Below are positions 19,692 to 30,934 of a DNA stretch of 64,000 nt, piece after piece. Source of the stretch: a virus (lineage: Duplodnaviria > Caudoviricetes); the IMG/VR virus record IMGVR_UViG_3300021256_000002, positions 1 through 64,000 of that record; one strand, given 5' to 3'. Below the pieces are notes generated by a model that was not told the origin of the DNA, searched no databases, and saw only the letters and a list, made by a program, of their open reading frames with translations. How positions within the stretch are numbered: position 1 is the first letter of the stretch; each line of letters opens with the position of its first letter. Position numbers and translations under genes: made by a program.

Positions 19692-20576
19692 TTACTTAAC
19701 GAAGATACGATAAATCATCGTAAGAGACTTGCTGTTAGCCAGCGGTTCGTTATCCAGAGTAACCTTGGAGAACAGTTTCACGTTCGTATAGTCGATGTAG
19801 CCGGTATCGATTTCCGTCTTACGACCAACGAACAGACCAAGAGTATTGAACCGTGCAGCTTCAACCTGGTCAAGATGTTCGAAGTATTCACGAATATCCT
19901 TAGAAGTAATCTTCAAAGTCATTTCAAGGAATACTTCAATTGGGTCGGTACGAGTGGTGTTGTATACATCACTTTCAACTTCAGTACCGTCTTCACCATC
20001 AACACCATCCTGATACAGAACACGGATAATCGGGTCAGTCTCAAAAGACTTGCCATAGTATTCATAATATCCGTCTTCACGTTTATGGCGCAGCCAATAC
20101 TTTGCAGCGTTGATATCAGTCGGGTCAAACGGTTCTGATACAATACGGAACGGTATCATCTCACCAGAGTAGCCATTACGACCAATTTCACGTTCCTGGA
20201 ACTTAACTGTCCGGCGAGAACCAAACGCATCACCAGAACCGCCAATACCAACACCCCAACCAATCAGGATATCATCGGCAGTTGCAGAGGATTCAGCAGT
20301 CGGAACGATATCGTTAATGCCCATGATATGGTTAATACTGGCAACCTTGAGGTTAGACTGAACGTTAGCCAGTTTCTCCAGTACAATGATAGCACCACCA
20401 AGGACAGTTTCGTTATCTTCATGAGTGAAAAGTTTTTCACCGAATTCATTATATCCAGTAATTTCAGTTCTGAAAACTTTCGGCTTCATAGGTTTGAAGA
20501 AGTTATTCTCCAATTTACGAAGGGAATCAGTAGAACTGAGTTGATCGTTTATATGAAGAATCTTATCATCAGTCAT
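19692..20576 (-). CDS. Probable virion/baseplate structural protein
   Basis: 294 aa, co-transcribed with large structural gene; GVGIGGS motif. Confidence 0.55.
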   Translation of the reverse strand: MTDDKILHINDQLSSTDSLRKLENNFFKPMKPKVFRTEITGYNEFGEKLFTHEDNETVLGGAIIVLEKLANVQSNLKVASINHIMGINDIVPTAESSATADDILIGWGVGIGGSGDAFGSRRTVKFQEREIGRNGYSGEMIPFRIVSEPFDPTDINAAKYWLRHKREDGYYEYYGKSFETDPIIRVLYQDGVDGEDGTEVESDVYNTTRTDPIEVFLEMTLKITSKDIREYFEHLDQVEAARFNTLGLFVGRKTEIDTGYIDYTNVKLFSKVTLDNEPLANSKSLTMIYRIFVK

Positions 20577-20596
20577 ATTGATCTTCCTTTCAATTT

Positions 20597-23500
20597 TTAG
20601 TCATATATAATTTTGAGGGTATCTCTTAAAGAAATTTTATCGCCTTGCCGGCAATTGTCCTCTACTGTATTGTTCCCAGCAATAAAAACTGCAGGAGAAT
20701 CAATAGTATAAATCATCGTACCAGAGGATGGATCTTCTTCAGAATTATCCTTTACGTAATTAGTTCTAATAACATTCGCAAATCCTTTGCGTGAACCAAC
20801 TAGCATTGTTGCTTGTGTTCTTACGCTATCAAGGACAGATACCTTTTGTCTAACAGATGCTTCTGATATAGACATAATCAATGCATCGAGTAAATCCAAT
20901 GCAGCTTTCTGTTCAAAACTTACTTCAGAAGACATCTCAATTTCATCTCGTAAATTGACAATAGTTTCAGGATGTAAGAAATACTTGATATCTACCCAGT
21001 CACTGAATGAAACTCGTTGATTGGTTATCCATAACTCAATGTCCGAGGTTAGTGCATCAATGATGTATGTATCGAATTTGAAATTGATTTGTTTTTCCAT
21101 TGCAATCTTTTCAATGAATTCGATTGGTTGTTTGAGACACATCTTTACATCTCGGAATAGTTGCTCCTTGAGAGATACAAACATCACATATGCCAATATA
21201 GACTGCTGCTTCAAAGTATCAATCATGAATGTCGAATCTTCCAAGCATTCTTCAGCAAACATTCTCCATATCTTATCTGGGATATTGAGAATATCTTTTA
21301 TCGTCATATGACCATCTATATAGGCAAGATTACTATCAACTTTCAAGTTTAACTTAGGAATTACCATCTCATTGAACATATGTGTTAGGGTATCAATGAA
21401 GTCGGTTTTGTCTTTGATATTCTCACTAACAATCATCGATAACTTATCCCATATCTTCAGATAATGACATAAAACTTCCATTTTATCCATATACATATCT
21501 TCTGATGTTACGAAGTCGTCTCGATGATACAAATGTGACATCATGTCAGTGAGAACGTCTTCTATCAGAAGATCAATATTTACATCCATACTGATGTACG
21601 TTTTAATCCAATCAAGTATCTTCAGCATACAAAGATGTGGGTCATTCAATACGTAGAGAATACCAGATTCTTGCATATCTACCGTATACGATTTGAATTG
21701 GTTTATCATTTTCTCCAAGTTATTGACGATTTCATCTTTAGCATTTGCATACTGAATATCATCGAGCGAATCACCTATTTTGGATATTATGTCAAACATT
21801 CGGTTTATCTTTGTATTGACGTTATTTTCATCTGAACCTCCATTGAATGCTGTAGTAACAATCGTCATATCAGCATCACCTGTTACATATGGAACAAGGT
21901 CAGGTCTACGACTCTCAAGAAGTTCAAGGTACGTAGTTGCTAACGTACCATCTAATTTGGTATAGATATCCGCATAGTCAGTTGTTACTAATAGAGCTTT
22001 GTATATTCTCTCATATCCTCGATAAGCGTCAAGAGAAGTCGTATGTCTCATCGCATCATCTATAAAGATTCTTAATGCTTGAATATTATCAAACATCTTA
22101 GCAACATCATCAACTGTACGAATATTTACGGTTTGAATATACTTCAATATATTAGGGTCGACTTCAGAAAACAGACCATGATTCATTTCAATTTGCTCAA
22201 TGATATCATCTTTGAGTTTATCGACGTCGGTTTTGAAGTTAAACCCATACACTTGAGCAACATTCCATGGCTTCAATGGAATTTCACCAGTCAAGCCATA
22301 CTTCTTAGCAGTCAAAGCACAAATAAAAATAACCGTATCGAATAGACTCAATGGGTCGTTACTATACGGTGTTTTTATCATTATACCTTTGGTTTCTGGA
22401 TTCTTCTCAAGTATCATTCTGAACGCATGACATGTCTCGTACATGATTTTAGCCAAATCAAATGCAACATCAAGTGACATGTATTTCGTTGCAATAGAAT
22501 TGAAGTTAGTGAAGTATATCTTATTCAGAAGATCGGAATCATCAACCCAATACGGGTCTTCGTATGTCAAAGTCTCGTATGGAACTTTATTCGAATCATT
22601 CGCAAGTTCAATAGTTGGGTCTTCTGAGCTAACATCTACTTTTTGAAAATAGATATCGTAGGTTTTCTCAGGATCTATTACCCGTTGAACATTACCTTCT
22701 TCATCAACAACGTCTTTGTATATGAAAACAGGATCACCATTCTCATCCTTCTTCACATCTTTAACGAGATAATACTCGTATACATGTACCGATTTATAGT
22801 TGAATAGAGAGATAATGTCAAATATAACTTTCTTAGAGGATTTCACTCTAAGTAAAGTATTCAATCGTTTAGCAACTTCTCGATGATATTTAACGGCAAT
22901 AGATTCTTCGTATTGTATATTATAACATTCATAAAGAGTTCTGATGAGTGAATCATCATAGAACTCTCTACTTATTCCTTGAGTGAATGTGGATGCAATT
23001 ACTCGATTGATTGCCATTGCCATTATATTGAATCCCATGAATCCATCGTATGATGGAAACATTGCCTTATCTTCAATATGGTACAATCCTCTCATAACGT
23101 AATTTCTTGCAGCAGCATAGTACTTGCCAAAGTTCACATTCAAGGAATCTATATCAGATTTCTCTATATACAAAATAGAATAGTTTAAAGCTAATCTAGC
23201 TGTATGATATGGTACTGAACGGTCCCCAAGGTGTTTCAAATATTCAGCGTCAGGATGTAATTCAATCAATTTAGCCAGCATATCTGAGTTATTGATATAA
23301 TTCAAATCCGCTACTGGTAATTTGTGTATAGGGGTAGTCGTGTCAATACCTCTATCGTTTTCGAACATGTAAATGTAGTTTTCGTTTTCTTCATCTTCAA
23401 TGTTTGGCTCACCATTAAGCATGCGATAATAATTATTACGTTCAACATACTCATTCAAGGTTTTCTCAATTTGAAGATTCACACATAGAGTTCGTAAATT

Positions 23501-23764
23501 GACAGGAATAAGCTCCTTGTTCATGTAAATTTCATCAACAATGCTCTCACTGATACCGGCTGCCAATAGGACCTCACGATCAAAACGAATTATACTTGAC
23601 CAAGTTACTAGCCCTTCTTTCATGGCTACATATCGGTCACTGTCCCTCTTAGTATCGGCTGTTTCATATTGAGCGGCTTTCACATCCTGTTTTACGATAA
23701 CTGATTTCACCATCGCAATAAATTCTTTTAGGAAGATATCCATATTTACGCTGTATGATAGCAT
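20597..23764 (-). CDS. Large probable baseplate/virion protein
   Basis: 1055 aa; YVERNNYYRMLNG and DPYW motifs of jumbo-phage structural type; quasi-repetitive C-terminus. Confidence 0.55.
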   Translation of the reverse strand: MLSYSVNMDIFLKEFIAMVKSVIVKQDVKAAQYETADTKRDSDRYVAMKEGLVTWSSIIRFDREVLLAAGISESIVDEIYMNKELIPVNLRTLCVNLQIEKTLNEYVERNNYYRMLNGEPNIEDEENENYIYMFENDRGIDTTTPIHKLPVADLNYINNSDMLAKLIELHPDAEYLKHLGDRSVPYHTARLALNYSILYIEKSDIDSLNVNFGKYYAAARNYVMRGLYHIEDKAMFPSYDGFMGFNIMAMAINRVIASTFTQGISREFYDDSLIRTLYECYNIQYEESIAVKYHREVAKRLNTLLRVKSSKKVIFDIISLFNYKSVHVYEYYLVKDVKKDENGDPVFIYKDVVDEEGNVQRVIDPEKTYDIYFQKVDVSSEDPTIELANDSNKVPYETLTYEDPYWVDDSDLLNKIYFTNFNSIATKYMSLDVAFDLAKIMYETCHAFRMILEKNPETKGIMIKTPYSNDPLSLFDTVIFICALTAKKYGLTGEIPLKPWNVAQVYGFNFKTDVDKLKDDIIEQIEMNHGLFSEVDPNILKYIQTVNIRTVDDVAKMFDNIQALRIFIDDAMRHTTSLDAYRGYERIYKALLVTTDYADIYTKLDGTLATTYLELLESRRPDLVPYVTGDADMTIVTTAFNGGSDENNVNTKINRMFDIISKIGDSLDDIQYANAKDEIVNNLEKMINQFKSYTVDMQESGILYVLNDPHLCMLKILDWIKTYISMDVNIDLLIEDVLTDMMSHLYHRDDFVTSEDMYMDKMEVLCHYLKIWDKLSMIVSENIKDKTDFIDTLTHMFNEMVIPKLNLKVDSNLAYIDGHMTIKDILNIPDKIWRMFAEECLEDSTFMIDTLKQQSILAYVMFVSLKEQLFRDVKMCLKQPIEFIEKIAMEKQINFKFDTYIIDALTSDIELWITNQRVSFSDWVDIKYFLHPETIVNLRDEIEMSSEVSFEQKAALDLLDALIMSISEASVRQKVSVLDSVRTQATMLVGSRKGFANVIRTNYVKDNSEEDPSSGTMIYTIDSPAVFIAGNNTVEDNCRQGDKISLRDTLKIIYD

Positions 23765-23855
23765 TACTTTTCCTCCTCTTTCACGATGTTTTAGTTCGAT
23801 ATTTAATTAGTTGTGAAAAACTTAAAAAAAAAAGTCAGGATAAATCCTGACTTTT

Positions 23856-24641
23856 TCATATAATAATTGAGATAAGTGGTACGATATAATTGTAATAGTT
23901 GTAACTGATATCAATATCATCTAGAAATGCTGGCGAACACTCATTCATGGATAATATTCCTTCTTCGCTATTGACTTTGAAATCCATCGTCTGGGATAGT
24001 TCTCTGTAATATCCGATATCAAGTTCCTTATGACGGTATCGTTTTACGAATGTTGACAGCCATTTAGATTGAACTTCCAAATCGGTATTTACTTCTCTTC
24101 CTCTAGCAAAGGTCAGGATGAAATCCAGCATATAGTTAATATGTAGCTCTACCAGCTTTTCATGTGTAGTGCCTTGACCAAGACCTTTGATATCTACAAC
24201 TCTACCAATCGTATCTAGATAGAATTCTATCCTATTCAGTTTTATAAATGACGAATACTTGTGCTTAGGTCTAAAGTTCAGTTTTCCAAATTCAGTAACT
24301 TCACATTCAGTATCGATTGTAAAGAACGCATCTTTCTTGATAGATAAGATATTATCTTTATTAAGATTATTCGCTTGGAAGAATCGCTTTCTTGCATCAA
24401 CAAATGCCTCCGAAAGAGCTTTAGCAAATTTCTTATCATTTCTTTGGATTAGACCAAGTTTTACTACACGGTCTTTCTTTATTACAGTATCATCCAAAGA
24501 TTTGATTGTCTTATCATCAAGCAAGTGATACTCTTTTACCAAAGACAAACCAGCGGATTGCATGTCATATTCAACAATCCGCTTACCGAACAGATACTCG
24601 TACTTAGGATTTAACCAAGTAGACCTTTCATAGAGTTCCAT
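23856..24641 (-). CDS. Small DNA-polymerase-palm-like protein
   Basis: IVEYDMQSAG (motif A-like) and LSIKKDAF (motif C-like). Confidence 0.5.
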   Translation of the reverse strand: MELYERSTWLNPKYEYLFGKRIVEYDMQSAGLSLVKEYHLLDDKTIKSLDDTVIKKDRVVKLGLIQRNDKKFAKALSEAFVDARKRFFQANNLNKDNILSIKKDAFFTIDTECEVTEFGKLNFRPKHKYSSFIKLNRIEFYLDTIGRVVDIKGLGQGTTHEKLVELHINYMLDFILTFARGREVNTDLEVQSKWLSTFVKRYRHKELDIGYYRELSQTMDFKVNSEEGILSMNECSPAFLDDIDISYNYYNYIVPLISIII

Positions 24642-24642
24642 A

Positions 24643-24972
24643 TCAATTACCTAGGATAGAATCCAGATTTTTGAGTATATCTGTGGTTCTTCCATGCTTA
24701 ACTAACTTAGTTCCATCATTCGGGTCTGGCCTAGCCTTACCAAATGATTCATCAAAGTCATCGTAGTCAGATTTCTTCTTACTACGGAAATTCCACTTAT
24801 CCTCATTCTGCTCACGAATCATCTTCGCAGCATCTTTGAATGCGTGGATTACATCATCATCCGAGTAATCCTGCATCATGAAAATGGTACGTAGTTGATT
24901 GACTACGTAACCACTTGCAACCAAGTCCTTGAAAGCCTTCTTAGCGGCTTTCTTCTTCTTTGCTTCTTTCAT
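24643..24972 (-). CDS. Hypothetical protein
   Basis: 109 aa ORF, RBS GGAG. Confidence 0.65.
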   Translation of the reverse strand: MKEAKKKKAAKKAFKDLVASGYVVNQLRTIFMMQDYSDDDVIHAFKDAAKMIREQNEDKWNFRSKKKSDYDDFDESFGKARPDPNDGTKLVKHGRTTDILKNLDSILGN

Positions 24973-25143
24973 GACAAAACATCTCCATATTATTTTTAAC
25001 TTGAGTTACTTTTAAAGTACCTGGAAAAGTCTTCAACTCAACCATGGTGTTAAGATTGTTAGTAATCTTTTGGGATAGCAAAATTTCATCTCTACTGATC
25101 ATCTTCGTCATCGTTATCCTCCTTTCCATCGTCAATATCTTCA

Positions 25144-25422
25144 TCATACGATCTTAAAGTGATTTCTCTTAACGATTTTATCTCTGAATAACTGAAGATC
25201 GCGATTAAGTTTTTTAACACATTCGTCGCACAGTAACCCGCGTACGCAATCTAATCCTATGTAAAATTGTATTTCATGACCGTGGGTCTCACAATACCCA
25301 TCATCTGCTTCAACCGATTCACCTATCACTTTTCCGCATCTATCACATATAAACGTATCGATGTATCTGGTTACTGTCATTTTCTCTTCACGAGTCTTTA
25401 TCATGATTACTCTCCTTTCCAA
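25144..25422 (-). CDS. Small zinc-finger protein
   Basis: CDRC...CDEC. Confidence 0.65.
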   Translation of the reverse strand: MERRVIMIKTREEKMTVTRYIDTFICDRCGKVIGESVEADDGYCETHGHEIQFYIGLDCVRGLLCDECVKKLNRDLQLFRDKIVKRNHFKIV

Positions 25423-26036
25423 TCAGAAGTCACAAGAAGTTCAGTTAACTTCTTATACTTCTTAGGGAACTTCTTAAGTATCTTCTTTGGATACCGAGCA
25501 TACATCGTGGGATGTATCATGGTATTCAAATCGTCATGCATCTTGATGAGCTTTTCTCTTTGCTGATATGTGAACTCCATCAGTTCTTCAGTATCTTTCT
25601 TACTTAGAGAATTACTTTTACCTTTAAGATACTTCTTTGCTTTAAGAGCCTTGACTCCATACACCTTTTCAACGAAGTCCTTGAATAGCTGTACCAACAT
25701 GAACTCTTCTTCTTGTTGAGAAGATACAAGAATCACGTCGCATCCTTTCTCACACATACGATAGATTATCTCGTTAATATAGATGAGTCTTGGAGGATCA
25801 TACCACCAATCAAAACACGCATTTGCATACGCATCTACATCTCCTGCAAAGAATCGATTCAAGATAGTTGGAGATGGTACTATCGGCAAGTTATAGAAGT
25901 ATGTGATATACTTATCTGGAAATTCATCTGGTTGTATTACACAACTTAGAGATACTATCAATGTACTATCATCAAGCCTATCACATTTGAGAATCTTTTT
26001 GAAATCATCCAAAGATTCACATGTAACAATATCCAT
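25407..26036 (-). CDS. Hypothetical protein
   Basis: 209 aa ORF with RBS. Confidence 0.7.
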   Translation of the reverse strand: MDIVTCESLDDFKKILKCDRLDDSTLIVSLSCVIQPDEFPDKYITYFYNLPIVPSPTILNRFFAGDVDAYANACFDWWYDPPRLIYINEIIYRMCEKGCDVILVSSQQEEEFMLVQLFKDFVEKVYGVKALKAKKYLKGKSNSLSKKDTEELMEFTYQQREKLIKMHDDLNTMIHPTMYARYPKKILKKFPKKYKKLTELLVTSDWKGE

Positions 26037-26101
26037 TCACAATCACCCTTTCTTATATTTATACGTATGAATATTATATAGTTAAAAACTCTATTAAAAA
26101 T

Positions 26102-26605
26102 CTATTCTTTATTCAATTTCTTAATTATTTTCTTCTTAAAGTAGTAATATGCTTCTTCGACAGTACATTTATTACGAAATTTGTATTTTATAAACGTATC
26201 AGGCTTAACATTTAAATATTCTGCCATCTCTTTCATACTGGAAAATTCCATACCATCAATCACACAGTCAAGTTGTTGGCCCTGTCGTGGTTTATTATCC
26301 TTAAAGCGATAATACGCTGAAATATAATCACCACCATGTCGTTTCAAATAACCATATAAAGTGTTAATGTTAGTATTTAGATGCTTAGCAAATTCTTTTA
26401 CAGAGGTAAACGTATGTCCGTCTACAGTCATTGGCTTAACTTTTTCTTTATACATCCAATACAGCTCTTCATACGTCATTTCTGGATGTTTAAATTTATA
26501 ACACATTAATCTACTATAGTTAACATTTAAATACTCAGTCATCTCGTGTACAGACTTAAAGACATGACCGTCTACACAAACTTCAATTCTAACACCCATA
26601 ATCAA
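26102..26605 (-). CDS. Triple-repeat helix-turn-helix (NUMOD1-like) DNA-binding protein
   Basis: Three (V/I)DGxxFxSxxE(M/F)AxxLN repeats. Confidence 0.65.
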   Translation of the reverse strand: MIMGVRIEVCVDGHVFKSVHEMTEYLNVNYSRLMCYKFKHPEMTYEELYWMYKEKVKPMTVDGHTFTSVKEFAKHLNTNINTLYGYLKRHGGDYISAYYRFKDNKPRQGQQLDCVIDGMEFSSMKEMAEYLNVKPDTFIKYKFRNKCTVEEAYYYFKKKIIKKLNKE

Positions 26606-26659
26606 TCATCTCCTTAAATACATGAAGTGCAGGGATATCCCTGCACTTCATACTATATC

Positions 26660-26907
26660 TTATTTAGTTTTAGCATTCCACTTGGGTCCAAGATTCAGAA
26701 CGACAAGACCTCTCTTCTCACGTTCTTTCTTCTGTTTGAGTTCTTTCTCAAAATCACCCTCATCCTTCCACATTCTATCACGAATATCAATCGGGTCATG
26801 TTTTTCCCGACACTTCGTGCATACAAGTCTGAAGAACTGAGAGTCCCATCTGAGTTGACCACCACACTGAGTACAATGCATTATCTTTCTATCTATTGGA
26901 TATAAAT
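26660..26907 (-). CDS. Protein kinase-like gene, exon 2 (C-terminal Zn ribbon)
   Basis: Splicing restores ILDYG-YLYPIDRKIMHCTQCGG...CTKC; joined 753 nt = 250 aa. Confidence 0.75.
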
Positions 26908-27929
26908 CGGTATATTCACATAGATTCGTTACTTCTATGCAGTTCTCTTATGAACTTCTATATGTCACCATATAGTCTAGACTATATCTTTCTTCCCAGA
27001 GGGAAGTGCTCCTTTTCGATTTAAGGGATTCTCACCCACCCACTTGGGCCCTACTCCTGTAGCTGACTTTCACAGCGCTATTTGGATAGTCGTTGAACGT
27101 TTGGTTTTCAAATACATTTTTTATTCATTAAATATTTCCGACGATATACTGCATATGGGCTCATGTTAAGAGCTTTTGCGATATCTACACACGTTATACC
27201 TTTAACAAGCATATCACGAATAAGCTTATCTCGTTCTTCAAATATCTTTCTACGTTTAGCTAGTCTATTTTCAATATCAAACTTAGAAGATATATTTTTC
27301 CATAAGTGCCCTGATGCTATCCTAGCCACTAATGCGACTGGGACATCATATTCTTTTGCAATATCCTGATATGTAAGAATTGGGTCTTCTAATTTCTTGC
27401 ATATTAGCTTTATTGTGTCCAGTGAATATATTTTCTCAAGACGTTCTTCAATACAACTTCCAGCATGAGGATTGTGAGAATATGCTAACCCATGTTCCCA
27501 CGCATGCCGATTATTGTCTAGACGAGTCATAATCTCTAAGTTATCGATATGATTATTACATTTATCGCCATCAATATGATTTATCGTATAACCATTCGGA
27601 ATAGGTCCTACGAAAGTTTCATAAACACATCGATGCACGTATAAGTAGATATATTTTTTATCGATTCTAAGACAAGCCTGCATATATCCATTTGGAGTGT
27701 ATCTTGGTTTCATGAGTTTACCATGTTTACCCATAAATACACCATCATTGGATATGTGATAATCTGTCTTTTTACCATTATACTTAAATCTCTTGAACTT
27801 CATAGTTCACCTCCTTAAATATAATGATATTTGAAAACCATTTCGCTGCTGATTGTCTCTTTCGAGAGTTTCCAGCAATTAAGAGCTTAGCGAATCATAG
27901 ATTGCTCTATGAAACGGCCTAGTTAGTCA
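26908..27929 (-). mobile_element. Group I intron with HNH homing endonuclease
   Basis: Core elements AATTGCTGGAAACTC, AATCAGCAG, GTTCAACGACTA, AAGATATAGTCT; exon CGGCU pairs IGS GGCCG with U.G; terminal G. Confidence 0.88.
27108..27803 (-). CDS. Intron-encoded HNH homing endonuclease (NUMOD4/HNH type)
   Basis: VHRCVYETF...INHIDGDKCNNHIDNLE; C-terminal HTH. Confidence 0.9.
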   Translation of the reverse strand: MKFKRFKYNGKKTDYHISNDGVFMGKHGKLMKPRYTPNGYMQACLRIDKKYIYLYVHRCVYETFVGPIPNGYTINHIDGDKCNNHIDNLEIMTRLDNNRHAWEHGLAYSHNPHAGSCIEERLEKIYSLDTIKLICKKLEDPILTYQDIAKEYDVPVALVARIASGHLWKNISSKFDIENRLAKRRKIFEERDKLIRDMLVKGITCVDIAKALNMSPYAVYRRKYLMNKKCI

Positions 27930-28434
27930 AGCCGTAGTCGAGGATTACTAGGTCTCCGTTATCTCTATGACCAAAGTTTACAAAGTTCTTTGGTTTCAGA
28001 GAAATATCACAGAACAACCAATCCTCTGCAAGATATTCCAACATTGCACGAATATGTTCTTGTGAGTCAATAAATTCTTCACGACTAATAAGATTCACAT
28101 ATTCTGCAACATCAATCAATCCATTAGACTCATACGTTTTGGTTACATACGGCTGAGCATCAACAGATGTATTGAACTCATTCCAATTATCACGAATACC
28201 TCGAGAATCTAATGCAATCTTATGAATATAATCTTCAATTAAGATTGTCATTCTGTTAGTACCACCAGCAATGAATGTAACATCCAAATCTTTGAGATGG
28301 TCTAACACAGCATCAATTCGCATATCATTATTCGTCAGAGTTGGATTACGGATGATTTTCCATAATCCTTCTAGCTTCTCTTGAGAATATATCTCATGAA
28401 TACGATGACGTGCTTTCGTTATTGGTTTTGACAT
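27930..28434 (-). CDS. Protein kinase-like gene, exon 1
   Basis: GGTNR glycine loop, HKIA lysine, D-x6-N..NFG catalytic region, ILDYG (DFG-like). Confidence 0.7.
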
Positions 28435-29426
28435 TACAATTTCCCCCTAGACACCCAAGTACCTACTTCTTTCTTGAAAGAATTGAAGGTCTCATACTTC
28501 CCATCAGACAGACTCTTCATATAGGATTTCCTTATCTTCTTTTCCTTCTTAGATTTCTTTACTTTCTTCTTCTCCTTCTGCTTCTTTCTCTTTACAACCT
28601 TTCTAGTCTTCTTACTCAGCTGCCTCATACCAAGGTCAATGCCAAGCTCTTTCAGAAATTCGGCCGTCTCGAGTTCTTCAGCTTCCGACCGTCTATACGT
28701 AGTACCTTTATAGTTGATTACCTCATTCGGGTCATAGGAATCATCAATTCGATTATCCTTTCTCCAATAGTAATCTTCTATCATATCATCCATCGTATAC
28801 GATTCGGTTTTAGCCATCTTGCGTTTGAGAATCTTCTTCTTCGCTTTCTTCTTAGCGTCTTTATTAGACAACTTCAAGCGTTTCTTATAGAATTCTTCAA
28901 TCGCATCAATCTCGGCTGTTACATACCGACTACTCAACGTAGAATCATTCGACGCGACTCTCATTTTATCGATAAGAGCTTCAAATCCTTTGGAACTGAA
29001 TCCAAAGGAAATTTTCAAATCCTCAAAATTCTTCGTTGGTACAATCTTAGCAATTGCTTCGGTTGCATCAAACTTATCCGTATACTCACGAACTGCATTA
29101 CCTTCAATATATTGACGATTCAGCTTAGTTCGTTTCAGTATCGGAATGATTGGTAAATACTCATTCACCAGTTCAAGTTGTAACATCAACTTGAATCTTT
29201 TCTTTCCACCATAACGATAGATAAGCTCGTCGATATAGCGATTGATGAGATTCATTGCATCACAATATTCTCCAAAATCTCTATACCTTCTCTTAATCTG
29301 TTTTAACTGCGAAATAACATCTTTACCAACCCACGATTCACGCTCATCCTCTGGTTCATGATATTCATCACCAAAGTCATTTACATATGATTTGAATTGT
29401 GGATTATCATATACATATTCTTTCAC
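28434..29426 (-). CDS. Hypothetical Lys-rich protein
   Basis: 330 aa, RBS AGGAGG, early motif upstream. Confidence 0.7.
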   Translation of the reverse strand: MKEYVYDNPQFKSYVNDFGDEYHEPEDERESWVGKDVISQLKQIKRRYRDFGEYCDAMNLINRYIDELIYRYGGKKRFKLMLQLELVNEYLPIIPILKRTKLNRQYIEGNAVREYTDKFDATEAIAKIVPTKNFEDLKISFGFSSKGFEALIDKMRVASNDSTLSSRYVTAEIDAIEEFYKKRLKLSNKDAKKKAKKKILKRKMAKTESYTMDDMIEDYYWRKDNRIDDSYDPNEVINYKGTTYRRSEAEELETAEFLKELGIDLGMRQLSKKTRKVVKRKKQKEKKKVKKSKKEKKIRKSYMKSLSDGKYETFNSFKKEVGTWVSRGKL

Positions 29427-29523
29427 TTATTTTAATACCTCCTTTAAAATTTCTTATTTTCACTTATATATAATATATATTTGAATAAAAAGATGAACTA
29501 TCAAGATAGTTCATCTTTTCAAG

Positions 29524-30507
29524 TTATAGCGAGATTACTCTCTCGAGAATGTCCTGTAACCAAGTATCACATTTGTCAATGAATTCTTTATCAATACTAT
29601 CCTTATCAATACTGATCAATTCATTGCATTTTTCATTTGACGTGATACTGAGATTCTCCAGTAATCTATCTGGTATCCACATAGAGTAGATAAAGCCAAC
29701 ATGCTTAGCCGAAATATCTTTCGTACAGGGAACCTCATTCTTATGAGTGAACCATTTCGGAGTCAAGCGGATAGACGCAGCGTCGACCAATACACGTGCA
29801 CCGCAGTCAATATGAATTTCCTCATTCAATTCGCGGATTGCATTCTCATAGAGAATCTTCTCCAAAGGAACTCGGTTTACTTTGATCAATTCATAGTGTT
29901 TGTGTTCGATTGGAATAGCAACATGGCCTTCCAACATAGTATACTTACCAGCAATATCACCTTCTAAACACTTCATAAGAAATACTCGAGTTTCACTCTG
30001 GATGAATATCCCAACAACCGCCTGCTTTACATATGGCAAATCCTCTACGATGCTACGAGGAATGTACATTACTGGAATATGTACACCGAGTCTGCATAAG
30101 GAATAATCCTTATTACGGAAAGATTGTATTATATTATCCCATTGATTATTAGTAGACTTTGTGATCGAAGGACTCTCATTCAATTCAAACACAATCTTGC
30201 CTCGTTTAGGATGAACCGCTTCGATTTCAGGAAAGCACAGTACGAGTTCATCAGGAACCTTGATAACCGGTAATTCTTTCTGCGTTTCAGGTTTATGCTC
30301 AACACCACGTGAGCTGTAATCATCTGGTGAGCAGCAATAATCGTCTGGATGTATATTAGCCATCGAGTAATTCCTCCGTTCTTGAACTAATCGTTTTATT
30401 CGCTCGATATCATCGAGCGGATCGTCTGGGAGTAAAATTCTGTATTCACTCATTAGATACCTCTGTTTTATCTCCGAATTCTTTTTCGATTTCGTCGAGT
30501 TGACCAC
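29524..30507 (-). CDS. Nudix hydrolase domain protein
   Basis: EGHV...ENAIRELNEEI Nudix box with insertion; true start may be downstream. Confidence 0.7.
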   Translation of the reverse strand: MVNSTKSKKNSEIKQRYLMSEYRILLPDDPLDDIERIKRLVQERRNYSMANIHPDDYCCSPDDYSSRGVEHKPETQKELPVIKVPDELVLCFPEIEAVHPKRGKIVFELNESPSITKSTNNQWDNIIQSFRNKDYSLCRLGVHIPVMYIPRSIVEDLPYVKQAVVGIFIQSETRVFLMKCLEGDIAGKYTMLEGHVAIPIEHKHYELIKVNRVPLEKILYENAIRELNEEIHIDCGARVLVDAASIRLTPKWFTHKNEVPCTKDISAKHVGFIYSMWIPDRLLENLSITSNEKCNELISIDKDSIDKEFIDKCDTWLQDILERVISL

Positions 30508-30850
30508 AAATCCTTTCTATCAAAGACCCATTCTTATCAGTAAATGTATCTCTAAATCTACGGATGACGCCATCCTTAACAACGTTCGTACTTACGAGAT
30601 ACTGATACGGAGCAAGGTTCTGGTACATGCCAGATGTATCGTTGTATACGTTGAACGTAACCAACCACCCAGCATTCTTGTAGTACTTCAGAATCATACG
30701 AGATCTCAGAACCTCATACTTCGTTTTTAATTCACAAACGCCGCTATAAGCAGCTTTATCGCCGTTATCGATATCATTGTTTAACGGGCATAATGGGCTT
30801 AATTCATAAATTGCAAAAGTCATTTTCTGTGTACTGTTTAATATTGACAT
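30446..30850 (-). CDS. Hypothetical protein
   Basis: 134 aa ORF with RBS. Confidence 0.65.
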   Translation of the reverse strand: MSILNSTQKMTFAIYELSPLCPLNNDIDNGDKAAYSGVCELKTKYEVLRSRMILKYYKNAGWLVTFNVYNDTSGMYQNLAPYQYLVSTNVVKDGVIRRFRDTFTDKNGSLIERICGQLDEIEKEFGDKTEVSNE

Positions 30851-30934
30851 TAAACATCCTTCTTTCTTTAAAAATAGTTAACATTAAGTCATCTAAAACA
30901 TAAGATAATATGCGAGGTAACACCTCGCATATTA

